Assembly (NCBI GenBank): GCA_964291475.2
Contig: OZ220075.1
Span: 118,312-182,311 of the forward strand
DNA: 64,000 bases
Direction: 5' to 3'
Origin: Dehalococcoidia bacterium
GTDB lineage: Bacteria; Chloroflexota; Dehalococcoidia; SHYB01
A model generated the notes under the pieces. That model did no database searches. It saw nothing but the letters and a program-made list of their open reading frames with translations, and had not been told where the DNA came from. Both the position numbers and the translations under genes were made by a program. Shown piece after piece: positions 54,021-63,049 of this stretch. How positions within the stretch are numbered: position 1 is the stretch's first letter; every line of letters begins with the position of its first letter.

Positions 54021-55541
54021 CTTGCCCGCCGCCCCGGCGACGGGAACGGCCGTCCGCTCCTCTTGCTCCGCGGCCACGGCGGCCCCAACGTCGGGCGCGG
54101 GACGGTCGCCCTTGAAGAAGGAGAAGACAACGCCGAGCGCGACGAGCCCGCCCATCACGAAGAAGGCGCGGTGCATGCCGGCGAGGAATGCCGTCGCGAT
54201 TGCGTCGCCGCCGGTCTCGGCGACGGCGTCGAGGCGCGGCTCGAAGCCGAACGAGGCCATCGTCACCACGATCACGGCGGTGGCCAGGGCAATGCTGGTG
54301 ACGTTGGCCGAGTTGCGCATCAACTGGGTCAGCGCCGTGATGACGCCGTAGCGCGACCGCGGGACGGCGCTCAGGATCGAGCTATTGTTGGGGGAGCTGA
54401 ACATCCCAACGCCGGCACTGTTCAGGATCATGAGGGGAATGATCAGTCCGAGCGAAGTGTCCGAATCGAGGACGAACCCGAAGGTGAAGAGCCCCGCCGC
54501 GGACATGCTCAAACCGCCCATGTTGAGTAGCCGCCAGCCGAAGCGGTCGGAGAGCCGCCCGCTCACCGATCCCATGACCGCCAGCGTCGCCGCGCCGGGG
54601 ATCAGCATCAGTCCCGCCTCCCGCGCGCTGTAGCCCAGGATGTTCTGCAGGTAGAAGGGCATGACGAAGATCATGGAGGCCGACCCCATGAACGAAAGCC
54701 AGCCGGCACTCACGCCGAAGGCGACCAGCCGCCGCTTGAAAAGGCGCAGGTCGAGCATGGGGTCCTCGGTCCGCAGCTCCCACCAAATGAAGGTGGCGAT
54801 GGCCGCGCCTACCGCGACGAATCCCGTGATGACGGCGGGCGACAGCCAGCCGGCACGGTGGCCGTTCGTCATGACCATCAGGAAGACGAGGAGCACCGCG
54901 CCCGACAGCGCCGCGCCGACCCAGTCGAAGCGCGCGCTCTGGCCCACCGGCTTGTCGCGGGCGAGCACGGCGGAGCTGAGCACGACCGCCGACGCCAGCA
55001 GCGCCACGAGCGCGAAAGGCGCGTTGAAGAAGAACACCGAGCGCCAGCCTAGGCCGGTCACCAGCGCCCCGCCGAGCGCGGGGCCGACGATCATGCCCGT
55101 GCCGACGACGCTCAGGTGGGAGCCCAGGGCCTTGCCGCGCTCCGCGCCGGGAAAGACGGACAGCACCGCCGCCATGGCGTTCGCCTGGATCATTGCCGAG
55201 CCGATCCCCTGGAACAGCTTCGCCCCGATGAGCATGCCCATGCTCTGCGCGGAGCCCGCGGCCAGGGCGCCGAGGCAGAAGATCGCCAGGCCGGCCATAT
55301 AGACCCGCTTGCGGTCCGTCGTGTCGCCGAGCCGCGCCATGGGGAGCAGCAGGATGCTGATCATCAGCGCATGGCCGATGGTGACCCACTGCACGGTCGG
55401 GAGGTCGCTTTCGAAGTGATCGGCGATGCTCGGCAGCGCGACGTTGACGCTCCCCATGTCCATGACCGACATGAAGGTGCCGATGGCGATCGTCCCGAAG
55501 ACGAGCCACTTCCGCGTTCCGGCGTCCTGGAAGGCCCTCAT
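54012..55541 (-). CDS. MFS transporter, DHA2 (14-TMS, EmrB/QacA-like) family
   Basis: 509-aa ORF. WLVFGTIAIGTFMSVMDMGSVNVALPSI, LGDTTDRKRVY and about 14 hydrophobic spans. Confidence 0.85.
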   Translation of the reverse strand: MRAFQDAGTRKWLVFGTIAIGTFMSVMDMGSVNVALPSIADHFESDLPTVQWVTIGHALMISILLLPMARLGDTTDRKRVYMAGLAIFCLGALAAGSAQSMGMLIGAKLFQGIGSAMIQANAMAAVLSVFPGAERGKALGSHLSVVGTGMIVGPALGGALVTGLGWRSVFFFNAPFALVALLASAVVLSSAVLARDKPVGQSARFDWVGAALSGAVLLVFLMVMTNGHRAGWLSPAVITGFVAVGAAIATFIWWELRTEDPMLDLRLFKRRLVAFGVSAGWLSFMGSASMIFVMPFYLQNILGYSAREAGLMLIPGAATLAVMGSVSGRLSDRFGWRLLNMGGLSMSAAGLFTFGFVLDSDTSLGLIIPLMILNSAGVGMFSSPNNSSILSAVPRSRYGVITALTQLMRNSANVTSIALATAVIVVTMASFGFEPRLDAVAETGGDAIATAFLAGMHRAFFVMGGLVALGVVFSFFKGDRPAPDVGAAVAAEQEERTAVPVAGAAGKSG

Positions 55542-55571
55542 TTCGCGCGCGTCAGCCTCGGGCCGTTCCGT

Positions 55572-55817
55572 TCATGCCTTGCGGATCAGCGCCCGGTAGA
55601 CGCCGCCCTCGTGGGTGAGCGCCAGCAGCGTGTTCCCCGTCCTTGCGCACCACGCCGGGAAGTCTTCCTCGACACCCTCGTCGTCGGACAGCACCTCGAT
55701 GACCCCGCCCGGCGCCATTGACCGGATGCGCTTCGCCGTCTCCCACACGGGCACGGGACAACAGAGGCCGATCGTGTCCAGGGTCTCGTCCGGCGCGGCC
55801 GGTTCAAGGCTTGTCAT
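55572..55817 (-). CDS. TusA/SirA-like sulfurtransferase
   Basis: Start ATG 55817. 81 aa with LDTIGLCCPVPV (CPxP motif) and EVLSDDEG. Confidence 0.8.
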   Translation of the reverse strand: MTSLEPAAPDETLDTIGLCCPVPVWETAKRIRSMAPGGVIEVLSDDEGVEEDFPAWCARTGNTLLALTHEGGVYRALIRKA

Positions 55818-55836
55818 GTCCGTATCCGTCTCGAGG

Positions 55837-57006
55837 TCACGCGAACGGCGAGAGCGACCGCAGCCGCTCGATGGCCCGCGGCAGCTCCGCGAGGAAGTAG
55901 TCGACCTCGGCTTCCGTCGTCTCCGCGCCCACGCTGGCAACGAGCGAGCCGGAGCGCATCTCCGTGCCCAGGCCGATGGCTTCGAGGACGTGCGAAGCCG
56001 TCTCCGTCCTCCCGGAGCACGCCGTGCCGCTGGCGGCGTAGACGTTCGCGTTCATCGACAACTCCAGCAGCAGGCTCTCCGCCTCGACGCGGTCGACAAC
56101 GCAGCTGGCGTGATGAGGAAGGCGGCGCTCGGGATGCCCCGTCACGCGGACGCCGTCCCACGCCCGAAAGGCGTCGATCATCTTGTGGCGCAGCCTTCGC
56201 GCGGCCTCCACTCGTTCGGACATATGGGCGCGGGCCAAGTCGGCGGCGGCGCCGAAGCCCACGATGGCGGGGACGTTCTCCGTGCCGGCCCGCCGGCCCG
56301 ACTCCTGGGTGCCGCCTTCCAGGAGCGCCGGCCAGCGCAGCCCGCGTCTACTATACAGCGCCCCCGCGCCCTTCGGCCCGCCGAACATGTGCGCCGACAG
56401 CGTCATCAGCGACGCGCCCAGCGCCTCGGCGTCGACGGGGATGATGCCGGCCGCGTTGGTGGCGTCGACGTGCAGCGGCGCGCCCCGCTCGCGGCAGATG
56501 ATCCCGACCTCGCCGATCGGCTCGATGGTGCCGATTTCGTTGCTCGCCAGGGTCATGGTGACCAGCGCGGTGTCCTCGTTCACCGCGGCGCGGACCGCGT
56601 CCAAGTCGATGACCCCGTCGGAATCGACGCCGACGGTGACCACCTCGAACCCCGCCCGCTCCAGCGTCCGGCACGGCGCGAGGACGGAAACGTGCTCGAC
56701 CGCCGACGTCACCACCCGCCGCCCCCGGACCGGCGCGCCGGGCATGAGCAGGCCCTTGACGGCCCAGTTGTTGCTCTCCGTGGCCCCGGAGGTAAAGGTG
56801 ACCTCCTCCGGCGCCGCCCCGACGAGCGCGGCCACCGGCGCGCGCGCCGCCTCCACCGCGTCGAGCGCCTCCTCGGCGGGCGGATAGGCGCTCTGCGGGT
56901 TGTGAAAGCGGGGACCGGACAGATACGGCCGCATCGCCTCCACGACCTCAGGCGCGCAGGGCGTCGTGGCAATGTGGTCGAGGTAGACCGGAGGTCGCGC
57001 CGTCAT
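55837..57006 (-). CDS. cysteine desulfurase-like (NifS/IscS class V aminotransferase fold); PLP-lysine position reads Met
   Basis: 389-aa ORF with VYLDHIATTP, TSGATESNN and SGTACSG (active-site Cys loop). The conserved S-x-H-K-x-x-G-P-K-G reads LSAHMFGGPKGAGALY here. Confidence 0.8.
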   Translation of the reverse strand: MTARPPVYLDHIATTPCAPEVVEAMRPYLSGPRFHNPQSAYPPAEEALDAVEAARAPVAALVGAAPEEVTFTSGATESNNWAVKGLLMPGAPVRGRRVVTSAVEHVSVLAPCRTLERAGFEVVTVGVDSDGVIDLDAVRAAVNEDTALVTMTLASNEIGTIEPIGEVGIICRERGAPLHVDATNAAGIIPVDAEALGASLMTLSAHMFGGPKGAGALYSRRGLRWPALLEGGTQESGRRAGTENVPAIVGFGAAADLARAHMSERVEAARRLRHKMIDAFRAWDGVRVTGHPERRLPHHASCVVDRVEAESLLLELSMNANVYAASGTACSGRTETASHVLEAIGLGTEMRSGSLVASVGAETTEAEVDYFLAELPRAIERLRSLSPFA

Positions 57007-57036
57007 GCGGCTATTGTAGCCCTTGGGCGCGGCCCG

Positions 57037-58131
57037 CTAGTTGATGCGGTAGACCGCCTTGGCCGTGTCCCAGGTGGCCTTGCGCACGACGTCGTCGCTC
57101 GCGCCGGCGAAGATGTGCCGGACGGCCTCTTCGGTGTGGGGGAAGGTGCCGTCGGCGTGGGGGTAGTCGGCGGCCCACATGACGTTGTCGACGCCGATCT
57201 CCGGAATCAGCTTCACGCCGATGGCTTCCTCCTGGAAGGTTGCGTACATCTGCCGCTTGAACAGCTCGCGGGGGTCCATAGAGAGCGGGATGTCGATCAT
57301 CGAGCCGTAGGTCTTGCGCTCGAAGGCCAGCCGTTCCAGCACGTAGGGGATCCAGCCGATGCCCGACTCGCCCAGCACGAGCTTGAAGTTCGGGTTGCGC
57401 TCCAACATGCCGGAAAAGATCGCCTGGGCCAGTATCTCGGTCATCTGCAGTTGCACTAGCGCCGTCCGCATTGGTGCGGTCCAGTCCCTCTTTATGCCTC
57501 CGATGCCCCCGCCGCCGCCGCCAATGTGGACGCTGATCACCAGGCCCGCCTCCGCGGCGGCGGTCCAGACCGGGTCCCATGCCGGCTCATAGATCGGCGC
57601 CGTCGCGCTGTGTACCTCGAAGATGGCGCCGCGCAGACCAAGCCGGTTGACGTGTTCGACCTCCGCCAGGGTCTCCCTCGGGTCGGTCGAGGGCAGGGTC
57701 GCCAGCGACACGAGGCGGTCCGGCGCCGCCGCGACGAACTCGGCGAGCCAATCGTTCATGGCGTGCATACAGGCAGCCTGGAGGGCGCCGTCGTCAAAAC
57801 TCCAGTCGAGGAAGTTGTAGATGACCTGGGCATAGATGCCGTCGCGGTCCATGTCTTCCAGCCGGTACCTTGCGGTCGACGGGCGCCAGACGTCGGGCTC
57901 CGGCTCCTCGGCAAGGCCGATCTCGTCGAAGACGACCTTGCGGCCGTCGGCGCGCTTCGTCCCGTAGATGCCCCAGCGCCTTCCCTCACGGAACCAGACC
58001 GGCCCCGTCTCGGTCTGGACTACCTGGGGCGCGGCCTCCTTGAACTTGGCAGGGACGCGCTCCTGCCACATGTTCGGGGGAACGTAGCAGAGGTCCATGT
58101 GGTCGTCGCTGGAGATGTACTTGTATTCCAT
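57037..58131 (-). CDS. amidohydrolase-2 family protein (third paralog)
   Basis: 364-aa ORF with ISSDDHMDLCYVPPNMW, ISVHIGGG and WAADYPHADGTFP. Confidence 0.8.
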   Translation of the reverse strand: MEYKYISSDDHMDLCYVPPNMWQERVPAKFKEAAPQVVQTETGPVWFREGRRWGIYGTKRADGRKVVFDEIGLAEEPEPDVWRPSTARYRLEDMDRDGIYAQVIYNFLDWSFDDGALQAACMHAMNDWLAEFVAAAPDRLVSLATLPSTDPRETLAEVEHVNRLGLRGAIFEVHSATAPIYEPAWDPVWTAAAEAGLVISVHIGGGGGGIGGIKRDWTAPMRTALVQLQMTEILAQAIFSGMLERNPNFKLVLGESGIGWIPYVLERLAFERKTYGSMIDIPLSMDPRELFKRQMYATFQEEAIGVKLIPEIGVDNVMWAADYPHADGTFPHTEEAVRHIFAGASDDVVRKATWDTAKAVYRIN

Positions 58132-58305
58132 CGAGTGCTCCTCGGCTCGGGGCGCCGCTCATTCTAGGCGAGCCGCCGCGGCGACGCCAAGCGCGTCCTA
58201 GTAGGAAGCGCGCGCCGTTTGTGGCATAGTGGCGGGCGCGCCGGCGGCCCATCGTCCGGCGCGCAACCGCGCCCGCTCCGTAAGACGGAAACGAGGAGGC
58301 AGCCC

Positions 58306-58793
58306 ATGAGCCACCACGACCACGACCCTGTCCCTGAAGATGCCCAGGACTTCATGAAGAACAACGGCCGCACCTTCATGATCACCAAGCGCAAGGACGG
58401 CTCGCCGACGGCCCACCCATGGCGAGCTGGTACGGCGGCTTCCTCTACCTGAACATGTACAAGGCCAGCATCAAGTCGAAGAACCTCGACCGCGACCCCC
58501 GAATCTGCTGCGTCGTCACCAACCGCTCCGACGACGTCGACCTCGAGGCCGCCGTCTACCGGGCCACGGGCAGGAAGCTCACCGTCGACGAGGTATTCGC
58601 CGAGCGAGTCACCGATGGCCTGGCGTGGGCCCGCAACCCTCGGTCGGAGGGCTCCCAGGAGCAGCCCGACATTCCCGACGAGGACAAGCGCAAGATCGGC
58701 GACACGGCGGGCCGGATCAAGCGGGGCGTGCGCGTGATCTGGGAGCTCACCGCGAACAAAGCCGGCCTGATCCAGAACGTGCGGGAGGGCTAA
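58306..58793 (+). pseudogene. PPOX-like split-barrel protein, type a, 1-nt frameshift
   Basis: ATG 58306 follows GGAGG. ...RTFMITKRKDGSPTAHP is in one frame and MASWYGGFLYLNMYK... in the next. The junction is C-run 58416-58418. The paralog reads GSPTGHPMTGWY. Confidence 0.75.
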
Positions 58794-58795
58794 CC

Positions 58796-59237
58796 ATGCC
58801 GCGAGAACATCCCACCATCAAGATGACCCCGGACGAGATCGCTGCGTTCGTCTCGACGCAGACGCGCTGCATTCTCGGGACCCTCGACGCCGAGGGCGGC
58901 CCCTGGGGCGACGCCGCCGCCACCGTCCTCAGCAACGGCGCGCTGCACTTCCGCGTGCCCGCCTCCTCGGCCTCCGCCGCCAACATCGCGGGCGACGACC
59001 GCGTCGTCTGCGTCTTCGAGGAGCACCCCGAGGACACCGGCTACTACACCATCAAGGGCGCAATCATCCACGGTCACGCCGCGCCCTCCGACGACGCGGA
59101 GGCCAAGGCGGCGCTCGACGGCATCCCCGACCCGGTGACCCGCGCCCCCGAACCCGGCGGCGCGACCTTCACCGTCGGCCTCCGACGACACCGCGAGTTT
59201 CGACTTCGCCAAGATCAAGCGCCGCTTCGAACAGTAG
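58796..59237 (+). pseudogene. PPOX-like split-barrel protein, type b, 1-nt frameshift near its 3' end
   Basis: ATG 58796 lies 3 nt after the previous stop. After ...ATFTVGL the frame gives RRHREF.... Removing one C at 59182-59183 gives DDTASFDFAKIKRRFEQ-stop (TAG 59235-59237), matching paralog ...DDVTSFDFTKIKAKV. Confidence 0.75.
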
Positions 59238-59256
59238 CCGCCCCACGGAGGACGTT

Positions 59257-61806
59257 ATGGGAGAGGGCTTCCTCTTCGACATCAAGGCGATCGAGCTCGC
59301 CGACGAGAAGGCCGAGTTCTGCGGCCGGCTCCTCGCGGGCGCCGGCGCCGACGTGCTCAAGGTCGAGCCGCCCGAAGGAAGCCCCACCCGCAAGATCGGA
59401 CCCTTCGTCGACGACGTCCCCGATCCCGAACGCAGCCTCCACTTCTGGCACTACAACTTCGGAAAGCAGAGCCTCGCCCTCGACGTCGCCACCCCGGCGG
59501 GAGCTGAACGCCTGAAGGAGCTCGCCGCCGGCGCCGACGTCCTGTTGGAAAGCCACCCGCCGGGCTATCTGGCGAGTCTCGGCCTCGGCTACGACACGCT
59601 CAGCGCCATCAACCCGCGCCTGGTCATGGCCTCGATCACGCCCTTCGGGCAGACCGGGCCGTGGAAGGACTGGAAGGGCGCCGACATCGTGCACCTCGCC
59701 CTCGGCGGGGTCATGATGGTCACCGGCTACGACCCCACGCCCGAGGGCTTCTACGACACGCCGCCCATCGCGCCGCAGATGTGGCACGCGAACCACATCG
59801 TCGGCAGCCAGACCCTCGACGCCATCCTCGGCGCGCTCCTCTACCGCGAGCGCACCGGCCGCGGCCAGCACATCGACGCTTCCATCCACCGCGCCGTCAG
59901 CTGCAACACCGGCACCGACACCACCGCCTGGGTCTTCGGACGCCAGGGTGTGCTGCGCCAGACCGCCCGCTACGGCTCCTCCCGCATGGTCCCCGAGACC
60001 CTCGCCACGACCAAGGACGGCCGTCACATTCTCGCCTTCGTCTCCGCCGAGTTCATGATCGGCCGCGAGCACAAGAAGTGGGTCGAGATGCTGGAGAAGT
60101 ACGGCTGCGCCGACGACCTCACCGACCCCAAGTACGAGAACCTCGAATATGTCATGACCCCCGAGGTAATCCGCCACTTCCACGCCGTCGCCCGCACCTG
60201 GGTCGGCAAGTTCAAGTTCGACCGCGACATCTGGAAAGAAGGCCAGGAGCGGCGGCTCCACTGGGCCCCCATCCGCAAGCCGGAGGAGAACCTTCTCGAT
60301 CCCCACTGGCGCGAGCGGACGACCTTCACCGAGGTCGAGCACGAAGAGCTGGACCGCAGCGTCTCCTACGTCAACGCCCCCTGGCTCTCCGAGGAATGCC
60401 CCTGGCGCACCGGGCCGCGCGCCCCGCGCCTAGGCGAGCACAACGCCGCCCTGGTCACCGACCTCGAACAGGCCGGCGCCGTGCCCAAAGACGCGCCGGA
60501 GTTCCCCGGCCCGCGCGCCAACGGCGACCCGCCCTTCGCCATCGAGGACGTGCGCATCCTCGACCTGGCCTGGGTCGTGGCCGGTGCCGCCGGGCCTCGC
60601 ATCCTCGCCGCAATGGGCGCGCAGGACATCCGCGTCGAGTGGAAGGGCCGCTACGACACGATGCGCAGCTTCGGCGGCATCCCCGTCGGCGAGGAGCGCG
60701 ACCGCGTCCTCCGCGGCGAATCGCTCATCCCCACCCGCGTCGGCGTGAACGCCGGAGCCGGCTTCGCCGAGGTCAACCCCGGCAAGATGAGCATCGGCCT
60801 CAACCTCAACGACCCCAAAGGCGCGGAGATCCTGCTGGAGCTGGTGAAGGTCTGCGACGTCGTCGTCGAGAACTTCACCGCGCGCATGCTGGAGCGCTTC
60901 GGCGTCACCTACGAGGACATGCGCAAGGTCAACCCCTCGATCATCTACGTCCAGCAGCCCGGCTTCGGCAAGCGGGGCAAGTACATCGAGTTCCTCTCCT
61001 CGGCCCCGGTCGGCGAGGCGTTCAGCGGCCTCACTGAAATGGCCGGCATGCCCACGCCCTACCCGCCCTCCGGCTGGGGCTACCTCTACCTCGACTGGAG
61101 CGCCTCCTACTACTGCGCCATGGCGATGCTCAACGCGCTCTACTACCGAGCCCGCACCGGCAAGGGGCAGTACATCGACGGCTCGCTCGGCGAGCCCGGC
61201 CTCCTCCTCACCGGCACCGCCATGCTCGACTCCCAGGTCAACGGACGGCAGTGGCAGCGCATCGGCAACGCCTCCCCCTGGAAGCCCGCCGCGCCCCACG
61301 GCGCCTACCGCTGCAAGGGCGACGACCGCTGGATCGCCATCGCCGCCTTCACCGAAGAGGAGTGGCAGGCCGCCGCCGCCGTGCTCGGGCTCGGCGCGGT
61401 CGCCGGAGAGGCCCGCTTCGCCACGCTGGAGGCTCGCCTGAAGAACGCCGCCGCGCTCGACGCCGCCGTCGACGCCGCCGCCCAAGCCTGGGACCCCTTC
61501 GACCTCATGGAGCGCCTGCAGAACGCGGGCGTCGCCGCCGGCGTCTGCCAGAACGCCCCCGACCGCATCGAGCGCGACCCGCAGCTCCGCCACGACCAGT
61601 GGATGGTCCCCGTCACCAACACCGAGGTCGGGGAGTGGCCCATCCGCCAGTTCCCCATCAAGCTCTCCGAGACGCCCACGCGCCCCCAGGGCACCGTCGG
61701 CCGCGGCCACCCCAACTACGCCGAAGACAGCGACTTCGTCTACGGCGAACTCCTCGGCATGCCCGAAAGCCACCGCCAAGCCCTCGCCGACCAGAACGTC
61801 ATCTAG
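59257..61806 (+). CDS. tandem-fused double family III CoA-transferase
   Basis: 849-aa ORF. Domain 1 is IKAIELADEKAEFCGRLLAGAGADVLKVEPPEGSP. Domain 2 is VRILDLAWVVAGAAGPRILAAMGAQDIRVE with VVVENFTARMLERFGVTY and TGKGQYIDG. Confidence 0.85.
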   Translation: MGEGFLFDIKAIELADEKAEFCGRLLAGAGADVLKVEPPEGSPTRKIGPFVDDVPDPERSLHFWHYNFGKQSLALDVATPAGAERLKELAAGADVLLESHPPGYLASLGLGYDTLSAINPRLVMASITPFGQTGPWKDWKGADIVHLALGGVMMVTGYDPTPEGFYDTPPIAPQMWHANHIVGSQTLDAILGALLYRERTGRGQHIDASIHRAVSCNTGTDTTAWVFGRQGVLRQTARYGSSRMVPETLATTKDGRHILAFVSAEFMIGREHKKWVEMLEKYGCADDLTDPKYENLEYVMTPEVIRHFHAVARTWVGKFKFDRDIWKEGQERRLHWAPIRKPEENLLDPHWRERTTFTEVEHEELDRSVSYVNAPWLSEECPWRTGPRAPRLGEHNAALVTDLEQAGAVPKDAPEFPGPRANGDPPFAIEDVRILDLAWVVAGAAGPRILAAMGAQDIRVEWKGRYDTMRSFGGIPVGEERDRVLRGESLIPTRVGVNAGAGFAEVNPGKMSIGLNLNDPKGAEILLELVKVCDVVVENFTARMLERFGVTYEDMRKVNPSIIYVQQPGFGKRGKYIEFLSSAPVGEAFSGLTEMAGMPTPYPPSGWGYLYLDWSASYYCAMAMLNALYYRARTGKGQYIDGSLGEPGLLLTGTAMLDSQVNGRQWQRIGNASPWKPAAPHGAYRCKGDDRWIAIAAFTEEEWQAAAAVLGLGAVAGEARFATLEARLKNAAALDAAVDAAAQAWDPFDLMERLQNAGVAAGVCQNAPDRIERDPQLRHDQWMVPVTNTEVGEWPIRQFPIKLSETPTRPQGTVGRGHPNYAEDSDFVYGELLGMPESHRQALADQNVI

Positions 61807-61809
61807 CCA

Positions 61810-62830
61810 CCCCTCTGCGAGAGCACCTCCCTCCCTCTGGGAGGAGCGCCTTAAACCTCAGTCCCTCCCTCTGGGAGGGACTGAGGGCGGGCACGCGCGG
61901 GGCGGCGTGGTCCCCTCCGGACCTCTTCTCCCGTGGGAGACCTTTGCGCAACTCCCGCCGATGGTTGGGAAACGGGCGGAGCTGGGCGGTCTTCCCTCTC
62001 CCCCTCTGGGGGAGATTTGAGAGAGGGCACGCGCCGCCAGGCGCGTCGGCGGGCGGGGCCGGGAGGTCCTACCTCTTCTCCCGTGGGAGACCTTTGCACA
62101 ACTCCCGCCGATGGTTGGGAAACGGACGGAGCTGGGCGGTCTTCCCTCTCCCCCTCTGGGGGAGATTTGAGAGAGGGCACGCGCCGCCAGGCGCGTCGGC
62201 GGGGCGGGGCCGGGAGGTCCTACCTCTTCTCCCGTGGGAGACCTTTGCACAACTCCCGCCGATGGTTGGGAAACGGGCGGAGCTGGGCGGTCTTCCCTCT
62301 CCCCCTCTGGGGGAGATTTGAGAGAGGGCACGCGCCGCCAGGCGCGTCGGTGGGCGGGGCCGGGAGGTCCTACCTCTTCTCCCGTGGGAGACCTTTGCAC
62401 AACTCCCGCCGATGGTTGGGAAACGGGCGGAGCTGGGCGGTCTTCCCTCTCCCCCTCTGGGGGAGATTGAGAGAGGGCCGTCGGGGCGGGGCCGGGAGGT
62501 CCTACCTCTTCTCCCGTGGGAGACCTTTGCACAACTCCCGCCGATGGTGGGGAAACGGGCGGAGCCGGGCGGTCTTCCCTCTCTCCCTCTGGGGGAGATT
62601 TGAGAGAGGGCACGCGCCGCCAGGCGCGTCGGTGGCGCGGGTCCGGGTGGTCTTGCCTCTTCTCCCCACGGGAGAAGATTGAGATGAGGGGCCTCCTCAT
62701 CACCACCACAGGCCACCTGACGCCGGCCCACCCCTCCCCTGTAGGGGCGCGTCGCGACGCGCCCGTCCCCTCATCGCCACCACACGCAACCGGCGCCGGC
62801 CACCTCCCCTCCCAACCCCCAATTCTCGCG
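61810..62830. repeat. about 1-kb block of mosaic palindromic intergenic repeats
   Basis: It includes a perfect 14-bp hairpin cctcagtccctccc-tct-gggagggactgagg (61856..61886), repeated acgcgcc-gcca-ggcgcgt hairpins and a 20-bp perfect palindrome gggcgcgtcgcgacgcgccc near 62745. Modules are shared with 51988..52080 and 53090..53345. Confidence 0.9.
61921..62650. repeat. tandem array, about 5 units of about 150 nt (150/151/150/132/about 147)
   Basis: Unit starts acctcttctcccgtgggagacctttgc recur at 61921, 62071, 62222, 62372 and 62504. Unit 4 lacks the cacgcgccgccaggcgcg hairpin. Confidence 0.9.
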
Positions 62831-62878
62831 CCGCATGACACTTGACAGCCCTCGTCAAGGGGCCTTACCTTTTGATTA

Positions 62879-62983
62879 CGAACATATGTACTGCCCGTGG
62901 AGCATTGGGCAGCCTATGTTCGGCGCCTCCCGTGAGGGAGCGTGCGACCCGCGCCGGGAGGCCCTCCGGGGCCTCGCCGGCGC
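62879..62983. other. strongly structured non-coding segment downstream of the HNH gene
   Basis: Nested inverted repeats cgaacata...tatgttcg (62879-86 / 62915-22) and ctgccc...gggcag, then gcgccgg-gaggccc-tccg-gggcctc-g-ccggcgc (62951..62983). No U-run on either strand in terminator position. Confidence 0.5.
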
Positions 62984-63049
62984 AAAAAACACAAAGGTAG
63001 AGCTGCGCCCAAAACGCATCGCGACAGCCCGCGCCGGTCGCCGCCGGCG

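Noticed and set aside
61921-62650. CRISPR array.
   Set aside because: Whole 150-nt units repeat head to tail with no unique spacers. No cas genes or leader were seen.
61858-62841. 327-aa ORF (and 61251..62321, 61933..62682, 62069..62731) as repetitive Pro/Gly/Glu-rich proteins.
   Set aside because: The ORFs run across the 150-nt tandem array. The unit length varies (150/151/132 nt), so the frame is not preserved. All six frames are open, and the same DNA modules occur in other intergenic gaps.
62879-62891. LexA (Cheo-type) box cgaacatatgtac.
   Set aside because: It has one mismatch to CGAACNNNNGTTCG. It is the left arm of a long hairpin (pairs with 62915..62922) and lies downstream of the HNH gene rather than in a promoter. 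No SOS gene is adjacent.
62951-62983. Rho-independent terminator for the HNH gene.
   Set aside because: The strong hairpin is followed by an A-run on the + strand. On the (-) strand the T-run precedes the stem, so it is canonical for neither strand.
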